Positions 9,648 through 17,097 of a stretch of DNA of 60,482 nucleotides are shown in pieces. The position numbers and the translations under genes were made by a program. How positions within the stretch are numbered: position 1 is the first letter of the stretch; each line of letters opens with the position of its first letter. Where the stretch lies: positions 1 to 60,482 of IMG/VR virus record IMGVR_UViG_3300040733_000119. One strand, written 5' to 3'. The notes below the pieces were generated by a model. That model saw only the letters and a program-made list of their open reading frames with translations, ran no database searches and was not told the DNA's origin. Origin of the DNA: a virus. Its lineage: Duplodnaviria; Caudoviricetes.

Positions 9648-10250
9648 ATGGATGCGAAAGAAGTCAGAACCAAGCTGTTGTCGCATACGCAGGAATGCTG
9701 CCGGCTATTCGACAATCATCTGTATCTGGATATGGCGCGGCTTGGAGAGTGCCCGAGAAAACTTGCTTGGGAAATGCTCTACAGCCTTGCTCCGGGCGAG
9801 GACATAAAAATGCGGCTCCATGCCGCACAGCGGATGGAATTGAATATGGCCCACCGGCTCGCGGCAATCTTTGACCATGATTATATCTTGCCGAAGCCGA
9901 TTCATGGCCCGATGACCAAGTTGCTGGGATATACAAGCGGAGAGATAGGAGAGACCCTGATCAAAATCAAAAGCGTCCCAAATGATGACGCTCTCCCGAA
10001 TGGCCGTGCTCCAAATAACCACTACTGGATGACCCAGGCTCTGATGCACTTCGGGCACTTCACAAGCTGCATCATGATCTACGAAAGCCGGGCCAGCGGC
10101 CGGATCCGGACGTATGAACACTCTTATTCGCCCTCAATCGGAAAAGAGTGTGAGAAGAAAGCCGAGCTGATCCTTGCGGCTGTCAAACAGGGCCGGCTGC
10201 CAAAATGCAATTGCGGCAAGTGCTGGGAGAACGGCTATGTTGAGAAGTAG
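9648..10250 (+). CDS. Cas4-like PD-(D/E)XK-fold protein with degenerate active site
   Basis: LGECPRK, GYTSG..IKIKS, YWMTQALM, C-terminal CNCGKC. Confidence 0.6.
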   Translation: MDAKEVRTKLLSHTQECCRLFDNHLYLDMARLGECPRKLAWEMLYSLAPGEDIKMRLHAAQRMELNMAHRLAAIFDHDYILPKPIHGPMTKLLGYTSGEIGETLIKIKSVPNDDALPNGRAPNNHYWMTQALMHFGHFTSCIMIYESRASGRIRTYEHSYSPSIGKECEKKAELILAAVKQGRLPKCNCGKCWENGYVEK

Positions 10251-10287
10251 CCACCAACATCTTTATCCAAAGAAGGGAGTGTCGGTT

Positions 10288-10671
10288 ATGAAACCCTATC
10301 AAAAAGTAGCTCTCTGCTGGTTAGCTGCTTTGATCATCTTCAGCAACCTTGCAGCAGACTATCTCTTTTTCCAGAAATCCAGATCCGCTATGACATCCGG
10401 AGAACCGAGGATGCAGCTGGATCCGGTCTACATTTATGGCCAATCAGAGGACTCGAGAATTTCATTTGGCTATGCACGGATCAAGGTTGTCAGCTTTGAC
10501 ACGACCATCGCCGGAGTCGGGCGGATATCGGTTGACTACTTCTATCCGCCCCTGGATCAACTTTATTTCTGTTTTCAGCCAGAAGATGAACCGACCATGG
10601 GTGAAACCAGAGCTGAGTATATCGCCCGGATGCTCTGCCAACCTACCTGGTTTCAATTGGGATGGATATGA
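10288..10671 (+). CDS. Membrane-anchored hypothetical protein
   Basis: N-terminal hydrophobic helix. Confidence 0.45.
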   Translation: MKPYQKVALCWLAALIIFSNLAADYLFFQKSRSAMTSGEPRMQLDPVYIYGQSEDSRISFGYARIKVVSFDTTIAGVGRISVDYFYPPLDQLYFCFQPEDEPTMGETRAEYIARMLCQPTWFQLGWI

Positions 10672-11012
10672 ATCGATTTAACAGATATGCCAGGGTCCGG
10701 CGCCACATCCCAGGGACCATGAACCGGATGGAGGAGGCGTTCGCCGAACAGCTCGAACTGCGCAAACTGGCCGGCGAAATCCAGGAATACCAGTTCGAAG
10801 CGGTCAAACTGCGTCTGGCCAAGAATACCTTTTACACCTGCGACTTTATGGCTCTCGGCGATCACGTCACCTTCTATGAAGTCAAGGGCTTTCGAGAAGA
10901 TGACGCAATGGTCAAGATCAAGGTGGCAGCGCAGCTTTTCCCCTGGTTCGAATTCATCCTGGTCACACGAGACCGGCAGGGCTGGAAATACACCGTGATT
11001 GAACCCAACTAA
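10662..11012 (+). CDS. DUF1064-like PD-(D/E)XK endonuclease
   Basis: YTCDF..YEVKGF. Confidence 0.75.
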   Translation: MDMNRFNRYARVRRHIPGTMNRMEEAFAEQLELRKLAGEIQEYQFEAVKLRLAKNTFYTCDFMALGDHVTFYEVKGFREDDAMVKIKVAAQLFPWFEFILVTRDRQGWKYTVIEPN

Positions 11013-11025
11013 AAGGATTTTTGAA

Positions 11026-11238
11026 ATGAGTATCTGGAAATGGTTTGTACTGGATGTTACACGCTGGTCAGTGGGAGCATTGGCCATGATCGGCATAGGA
11101 TTCATTAGTTATTATTGTTGGAAATTGATCATTTTTGTACCGCTTGGGATCGCGTCGATCTATGGCGCCCTTATTGTCGGCAGCTATCTGGTGGGAATGG
11201 CAAGCGAATGCTGGCACTATCTCAGAAGAAGAACATAG
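11026..11238 (+). CDS. Small membrane protein
   Basis: Two hydrophobic segments. Confidence 0.4.
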   Translation: MSIWKWFVLDVTRWSVGALAMIGIGFISYYCWKLIIFVPLGIASIYGALIVGSYLVGMASECWHYLRRRT

Positions 11239-11348
11239 ATAAGGGCGAAAATATTCATTAAGTAGTTGATAATAAACAGATTGCATGGCTATTAAATGTG
11301 ACATAGATCACAAAATGATTAATAACAGACAGTTATGGTCTAATTTAC

Positions 11349-11377
11349 TTGACATTTAAGAGGTATAAGAGTATATT
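11349..11377 (+). promoter_or_regulatory. Sigma70-type promoter of the small-gene cassette
   Basis: TTGACA-17-TATATT. Confidence 0.7.
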
Positions 11378-11418
11378 TATATTGAAGATAAACCATATAG
11401 TTAAATGGGAAGCCAAAA

Positions 11419-11697
11419 ATGAAAGCAAAAAAATTAACCAAGGACGAGATGAACGACATCCTCTATAAAAAGGGCGGTGTCCATTTCGACCAGATCACCA
11501 GAAAAGGCGAGGTTTGGACGGCGCGGCGAGGATTTTTCTACCGTTTCGGCGGATCCGCTGAGAAGTACTCTGAAGGCGTCAAGAAGGCTTTCCCCGACGC
11601 GACCATTCTTGAAAACGGCGAATTCAAGGCTCCATTCAGAGGCGGCGCTCCCATAAGCCGGAGCAGCCACTGGTTCGTGAAATTCACTATTAACTAA
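11419..11697 (+). CDS. Hypothetical protein
   Basis: First ORF after promoter. Confidence 0.6.
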   Translation: MKAKKLTKDEMNDILYKKGGVHFDQITRKGEVWTARRGFFYRFGGSAEKYSEGVKKAFPDATILENGEFKAPFRGGAPISRSSHWFVKFTIN

Positions 11698-11714
11698 ACT
11701 GCGCGAGGTGTGAA

Positions 11715-11966
11715 ATGAAATCAAATTATTTCCAAAAATGCGCGAAGGCTGTGAGGTACATGCGGAGGGAAGATCTGGTAAATCAGATCAAGTCAAGAAT
11801 CGCCAGCCTGAAAGAAAATCCGGAAAATCCTTCAAAACGTCTTGACGAAATCGATGCTGCGTATTCTGAGATGAAGTACCGTCTGCCCAGCTTCAGAATG
11901 CCGGCCTACTACAAGAAGCATTTCGGACTGCGATTTGATATTCAAGGAGACAGAGTATTCTTTTAA
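11715..11966 (+). CDS. Hypothetical protein
   Basis: SD GAGGTG. Confidence 0.55.
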   Translation: MKSNYFQKCAKAVRYMRREDLVNQIKSRIASLKENPENPSKRLDEIDAAYSEMKYRLPSFRMPAYYKKHFGLRFDIQGDRVFF

Positions 11967-11988
11967 TCCATTTTTGCGGAGGTGCAAA

Positions 11989-12348
11989 ATGAAGCTTTTC
12001 ACCAAAGAAATTGAGCGGAAGCTGCAAGCTCAGTTCAAGCGGGGTGACGATCCGGAGCAGATCATCCCCTGCAAGATTTTCAATCCCTACGGGCGCGGCA
12101 CCTGGTACATCATGAATCAGGATCCGAACGATCCGGACTATCTTTGGGCAATCGTGGATCTGTTCGAAGTCGAGGAAGGATCAGTCCTGAAGTCGGAGTT
12201 GGAAGGATGCCGCGTCAACATCGGCAATTTTAAACTCCCGCTGGAGCGGGACCTGTACTGGAAACCGAAAACAGCCAGAGAGGTTTGGGCGGAACTGAGA
12301 GGAAAATATCAGCGCCTGGAACCAACCTGCGAGCCGAGGCAACGATGA
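11989..12348 (+). CDS. DUF2958-like protein
   Basis: KIFNPYGRGTWYI..EVEEGSV..SELE..ERDLYWKPKT. Confidence 0.75.
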   Translation: MKLFTKEIERKLQAQFKRGDDPEQIIPCKIFNPYGRGTWYIMNQDPNDPDYLWAIVDLFEVEEGSVLKSELEGCRVNIGNFKLPLERDLYWKPKTAREVWAELRGKYQRLEPTCEPRQR

Positions 12349-12698
12349 TCTACACGAGCTATTACAGAAAGGTTGCGCAGGATCCGCGAACGGTGATGAT
12401 TACGCGGACTGTCCCTAAGGGCTACAAGGGAGCGAGGTTTATTCAACTCGCTCCACCTTATCATCTGTTCGGGTTGAACGATCCGGTACTATTCCGGAGA
12501 CGGTACAGAGAGGAGGTGCTTTCAAAATTGGATGCAAAGGAGATTGCCAGGAATTTCGAAGGCAAAATCCTGACATGCTACGAAGGGCCTGGCAAATTCT
12601 GCCACCGCGAGGTTGTCGCAGAATGGTTGCGTGAAGAAGCTGGGGTCGAGGTGAGAGAATGGGAAGGTGAATCAGGAGGGCAATATTCTCTTTTCTAA
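12345..12698 (+). CDS. DUF488-like protein
   Basis: IYTSYY, LAPP, CYE..FCHR..VAEWL. Confidence 0.75.
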   Translation: MIYTSYYRKVAQDPRTVMITRTVPKGYKGARFIQLAPPYHLFGLNDPVLFRRRYREEVLSKLDAKEIARNFEGKILTCYEGPGKFCHREVVAEWLREEAGVEVREWEGESGGQYSLF

Positions 12699-12726
12699 CT
12701 TGGGCAAAGTTGTGTGGGAGGTCAAA

Positions 12727-13026
12727 ATGAGTCTTGAAGAATTGAAAATCCGGTCGGCTAATAAAGAGCTGAGCACCGGTGAGGTGATCGCTCAATTGCC
12801 GGCAGAAGCTAAAGCATTCGCTTATGTGGTCGGCGCCTGGGTCTGGATCCAGTTCCCCGAGAGGCCGTCCGCCGCAACGCGGAAGGCCCTTGGCGTCCTG
12901 GGTTTCAGCTGGAATCAGGATCGCGGCGTATGGCAGCATCCGTGCGGCGTTTATCGCTGCAGAAATCCGAGAATCGATCCGCGAGAGGTCTACGGCATTG
13001 AGGTGCTCGACGACCAGAAGAACTGA
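12727..13026 (+). CDS. Conserved mobile-element hypothetical protein
   Basis: VGAWVWI..RKAL..LGFSWN..RGVWQH; SD GGAGGT. Confidence 0.6.
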   Translation: MSLEELKIRSANKELSTGEVIAQLPAEAKAFAYVVGAWVWIQFPERPSAATRKALGVLGFSWNQDRGVWQHPCGVYRCRNPRIDPREVYGIEVLDDQKN

Positions 13027-13068
13027 CTCTACCTGACTACTGGTAGAGTTACTTGAGTGAGGCTGAAA

Positions 13069-13341
13069 ATGACAGCAAGACAAACTTGCAGTGTCGATAC
13101 ATTCGAAGGCTGCAAAAAGAAATCCGTCCCTCCATTCTCTTATCGGGAGGGTCGAATCAGCGGGCCGTCTGAATTCATGGATGAGCGAGGATCGGCGCTG
13201 CTGACGAAAACCTTGAACGACCCCAGGATCATCTACAATACGCCGGATCCCCAGACCCTGCTGCTGAAGGTCCTGCGGATGCTCAAAGCTGCATATGCAA
13301 GCTGGATCGTTGAAACGAGGATTTTTCAAAAGGTGACATAA
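13069..13341 (+). CDS. Hypothetical protein (paralog of next gene)
   Basis: GRISGPSEFMDERGSALL. Confidence 0.55.
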   Translation: MTARQTCSVDTFEGCKKKSVPPFSYREGRISGPSEFMDERGSALLTKTLNDPRIIYNTPDPQTLLLKVLRMLKAAYASWIVETRIFQKVT

Positions 13342-13661
13342 TGAACACCATAAAGCCAAATCAAGCCGAAATCAGAGTGGGCCATTTCACGTGCAGAGGC
13401 GGCGTCATATCAGGACCTGAGGAGTACATGGCCGAGCGCGGTGCCGAGTTGATCGCCAAGATCAACAACCTGCCTGGAGCGGATTTTCAGGAAGGGAAGC
13501 CGTCCAAGCCAGACGGGATCACTGCTATCTTGATCCGTTTTCAGGTTGACTTTACTGAGTGGCTGATCATGAAGCTCCTGTCCGAAAACCTGTTGTCGCC
13601 GGCAAACGCGAGATCATTCACCGATATCTTGATGGCGGTAGAACCGAAGTATATAAACTAA
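13341..13661 (+). CDS. Hypothetical protein (paralog of previous gene)
   Basis: GVISGPEEYMAERGAELI; TAATG coupling. Confidence 0.55.
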   Translation: MNTIKPNQAEIRVGHFTCRGGVISGPEEYMAERGAELIAKINNLPGADFQEGKPSKPDGITAILIRFQVDFTEWLIMKLLSENLLSPANARSFTDILMAVEPKYIN

Positions 13662-13687
13662 AGTAATGCAAATCGACGGAGGTAAAA

Positions 13688-13894
13688 ATGGACTTGACAA
13701 TAAAAAACAAGGCGGCAATTGATACGATGAGCTATGAGACCCTACTTGGCCGCTGGCGCTTTGCCCCGGCCGGGGATCCGTGGTTCCAGGGCGAAACAGG
13801 CGAGTATTGGGGAAAACGCATGAAGGAGCTCAGAGAGCAACCCGGCGGACAGGAACGGCATGTTGCAGCCAGCAAGTCAATTGGTTGGAGGTAG
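13688..13894 (+). CDS. Hypothetical protein
   Basis: SD GGAGGT; WRFAPAGDPWFQGETGEY. Confidence 0.6.
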   Translation: MDLTIKNKAAIDTMSYETLLGRWRFAPAGDPWFQGETGEYWGKRMKELREQPGGQERHVAASKSIGWR

Positions 13895-13896
13895 GG

Positions 13897-14214
13897 ATGA
13901 AGGTAGAAAATTTGATTGAGCGGCTCCGGACAGAATATAAGCCCGATGAGACAATCGCGTACTCGCTCTGGTCAGTCGCAGACGTTTTAGAACAGGCCAG
14001 AAACGACAAGCGAAGGGTCTCGAGAGATGAGGCCCGTCTGATTCTGGAATACGTTCAAGATAATGAGAGCGCGGAAACAGGAATAAATTGGTCTGTGCTT
14101 TCAATAGCAATCGATAATTTTGCTTATCAACGATCAGCCTTTATAAGAGCACGGAGAAAATCGGAAAAGATAATTTCGGCAGCCGGAACTGCCCAGGAAA
14201 ATCAAGAGGGATGA
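13897..14214 (+). CDS. Hypothetical protein
   Basis: SD GGAGGT; WSVADV..EARLIL..GINW. Confidence 0.6.
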   Translation: MKVENLIERLRTEYKPDETIAYSLWSVADVLEQARNDKRRVSRDEARLILEYVQDNESAETGINWSVLSIAIDNFAYQRSAFIRARRKSEKIISAAGTAQENQEG

Positions 14215-14252
14215 AAGTAAGCTAAAGTATCAAAGCATCACAACAGCTTTTC

Positions 14253-14281
14253 ATGCCCAGGACCTCGGTCCAGGGCATTTA
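14253..14281 (+). terminator. Probable terminator of the small-gene cassette
   Basis: ATGCCC-A-GGACC..GGTCC-A-GGGCAT followed by a short T run. Confidence 0.4.
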
Positions 14282-14518
14282 TATGCCGAGTGACCAAAAT
14301 TTCGAACATTACTACTTTAAATTATTACGCTAAGAAAAAAACAGTGGGTTTTAAAGACACGTGTAGATATGACCCTGCTGATGATCACCCACTTTTCACA
14401 ATTTGCTGTAAACTATTATAATTACTACGTAACAAAACGCCCGTAAGAGGTTTTTGACGAAAATAGCGATTTTACTTCCCGGAAAAAGATAATAAATCAC
14501 CTTTGCATACGAGGAAAT

Positions 14519-15838
14519 ATGTTCGTCGGCAGTATACCCCACTGGGTAAGAAAATGGCTTTGCAACGAGGTCAGAGATTGGACCGGGAACGTCTGGGTGG
14601 CTTGCTCTGGAAACTTCACCAGCGAGCAAATCCTGTCGATTCACTCCAAGGTCAAAGCGATCTACTCTGAGGATGTGAGCTTTTATACGAGCTTCATCGG
14701 CCATTACCTGGCAAAGAAGAAGCCGATGGATTGCGCCATTGTCAACGACGGTTACAAACCATTTGAATTTTACCTGAGAGGTGAAAGCCCGGTCGCGGGG
14801 CTGCTGACTTTACTCCAGCTTCTGGAAAATGAGAAGAAGGACTATTACCACATGAGGATCTATCGGCACATTCAGGAGCATTTCGCAGAAATCTACGAGC
14901 AGAACCGTCAAAAAATTGAGCCGGTCCTGTCTGTCATTAAGGTAAAAAATTATTACGCCGAGGACGTATTTGAGTTCATTCATCGAGTTCCAGAAGATGA
15001 AACGATTATGCTCTATCCGCCAACGTACACCGGTGGCTACGAGCGAATCTGGAAAAAGCTCGAATTGATGATGGAGTGGAAAAGGCCTGAGTATCAGCTC
15101 ATCGATTCAAACCTGTATCTCGAGTTGTTCAGACTGGTCCAGAACAAACGCTACCTGTTTTATGCCGACCGGCCGCTGGAAGGGCCGGAGGTTCTGCGAG
15201 TCGAGCTGCCTGGGAAGCACACCATTTTTCTCTACTCGAACACGATCGGTCAGAATGCTTATATCGACAAGCGCGAAACCGTTGAAATTGATCCTCGTCT
15301 GGATGTCGTCAACGAGGACGTTACTTTTACACCCGAGTCACAAATAGATGTGAAGATAATGGCCGGAGAAGCCTTCGACCACTATCGGCTTATGTGGATC
15401 AAGAAGGTGAAGCAATTCTCGAAGGCACAATATAACCTCGCGTTTTTTATTGACGGTAAGCTGTTTGGCTTGGCATCCTTTAGTAAAGGCGCTTATGCAA
15501 TGGATGGATATTATCTGCTCCAGGCCGATTTCGTCAGTCCGTATTCAAGGTATAAAAGGCTTTCTAAATTAGTGCTGGGCCTCGTAAAGACCAGAGATAT
15601 CCGCCAGATCCTGGAGCACAAATTCGAGGAAAAGGTACTGGGATTGCGCACAGCTGTCTATACCGACCGCCCGGTTTCAATGAAATATCGCGGTGAATTT
15701 GAGCTTACCGCACGGAAAGAAAACAAACTAATTTATTCCGCTGAATTTACCGAGTTGTCACTGAAGGAGGCCTACCTATCATGGCTCAAGAGAAATGGGA
15801 GCGAGTTGATCTCCGAGAGCACGGCTTCAAATGGCTGA
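14519..15838 (+). CDS. Putative anti-restriction DNA adenine methyltransferase-like protein with a C-terminal GNAT/Mom-like region
   Basis: Motif I-like ACSGNF, motif IV-like YPPTY; C-terminal IDGKLFG..ADF..RLSKL..TAVYT..SMKYRG; next to ParB and terminase. Confidence 0.65.
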   Translation: MFVGSIPHWVRKWLCNEVRDWTGNVWVACSGNFTSEQILSIHSKVKAIYSEDVSFYTSFIGHYLAKKKPMDCAIVNDGYKPFEFYLRGESPVAGLLTLLQLLENEKKDYYHMRIYRHIQEHFAEIYEQNRQKIEPVLSVIKVKNYYAEDVFEFIHRVPEDETIMLYPPTYTGGYERIWKKLELMMEWKRPEYQLIDSNLYLELFRLVQNKRYLFYADRPLEGPEVLRVELPGKHTIFLYSNTIGQNAYIDKRETVEIDPRLDVVNEDVTFTPESQIDVKIMAGEAFDHYRLMWIKKVKQFSKAQYNLAFFIDGKLFGLASFSKGAYAMDGYYLLQADFVSPYSRYKRLSKLVLGLVKTRDIRQILEHKFEEKVLGLRTAVYTDRPVSMKYRGEFELTARKENKLIYSAEFTELSLKEAYLSWLKRNGSELISESTASNG

Positions 15839-16509
15839 TTGCCATAGTGGACCCGCGAGAGATCCGGATGATTGATAAGAACGCTCACTATTTTGACAAG
15901 TCTGTTTTCGCCAAGCTGGTTGAGAATATCCAGCAGGATGGCGACATGACCTCCATCCCTTTTTGTCATATTGTGGACGGGCAACTGGAGGCTATTGCCG
16001 GCAATCACAGAATTCAGGCGGCAATAGAGGCCGGCATACCCAGGATTCTGGCGCTTTATCATGACGGCACTTTCACACAATCAGAGAAACGCAGCCGGCA
16101 ACTATCGAGCAATGCCCTGGTGGGGAAGGACGATAAGAAGCTGTTATTCGAGCTCTTCCAGGAAATCGAGGAATTGGAGTGGAAGAAGTTATCCGGCATC
16201 GAGGAAAGCGGCTTGCTTAAATCGGTGGCGATGGACCTGAAAACTTTGAGTGAAATAGCCCTGGAATACAAGTTTGTCATCCTGGGATTCCTTCCCGATG
16301 AGGTAGAGAAACTGGAGAAGATACTTGCCCAAATAGATATGGTTTCCCAGGAAGATAAAAAATACCTGCTAAAACGGAAGGAGTACGATAAGTTTTTAGA
16401 GAAAATCAGCAGGGTAAAAATTGAGTTCAACATTAAAAACAATTCAGCCGCGCTATTGAAAATGATGGACATGGCTGAAGCCTATTTATCAGAACATTCG
16501 AATAAATAA
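15781..16509 (+). CDS. ParB N-terminal-like protein
   Basis: LVENIQQDG..IAGNHRIQAA. Confidence 0.75.
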   Translation: MAQEKWERVDLREHGFKWLIAIVDPREIRMIDKNAHYFDKSVFAKLVENIQQDGDMTSIPFCHIVDGQLEAIAGNHRIQAAIEAGIPRILALYHDGTFTQSEKRSRQLSSNALVGKDDKKLLFELFQEIEELEWKKLSGIEESGLLKSVAMDLKTLSEIALEYKFVILGFLPDEVEKLEKILAQIDMVSQEDKKYLLKRKEYDKFLEKISRVKIEFNIKNNSAALLKMMDMAEAYLSEHSNK

Positions 16510-16521
16510 CAGAATACTACT

Positions 16522-17097
16522 ATGAGCTATGGACGTTCAAAATCACAGAAAGCCCGTGACCGGTTGATTATCGGCAGGTTGTACCTCAGAGGGTATGGAC
16601 AACCACAAATCGCCAAACTGGCAAAAGTGAGCCAGCCGACCGTTAGCCGTGATTTATCTTATCTCCGCATTGAATGGCAGAGAAAGGCTTCCAGAAGCTT
16701 TTCTCTGAAAATATCTCAGGAGCTGGCAAAATTGGACCAGCTTGAGCTGGAATATTGGCAAGCCTGGGAGAGGTCGAAGAAACCAAAGACATCCAGGGCC
16801 AGCGAGGGCGCAATCAATGGAGAGAACGGTGATGTCAAAACAAACAAGATCCAGCGCAAAGAGGAGGATTCCTATGGCGATCCTCGCTACCTGGAAGGCG
16901 TGGAGCGGTGTATCGAAAAGCGGTGCAAACTGCTTGGACTCTTTGCACCGGAGAAGATTGCACCCACTGACCCGTCAGGAACCCGACCCTATGTCGGCGA
17001 CTTGGAAAAGATAGAGCGGATATTAAGGGATGAGCCAGAAGCGCAGGAACAACTCGCCAGTCTTTTTAGACGATTATCGGTTGAAGATTCTAACTGA
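16522..17097 (+). CDS. terS: Terminase small subunit (HTH)
   Basis: GYGQPQIAKLAKVSQPTVSRDL; immediately upstream of TerL. Confidence 0.75.
   Translation: MSYGRSKSQKARDRLIIGRLYLRGYGQPQIAKLAKVSQPTVSRDLSYLRIEWQRKASRSFSLKISQELAKLDQLELEYWQAWERSKKPKTSRASEGAINGENGDVKTNKIQRKEEDSYGDPRYLEGVERCIEKRCKLLGLFAPEKIAPTDPSGTRPYVGDLEKIERILRDEPEAQEQLASLFRRLSVEDSN

Noticed and set aside
12439-13359. 306-aa antisense ORF
   Set aside because: Overlaps several plus-strand genes with good RBSs
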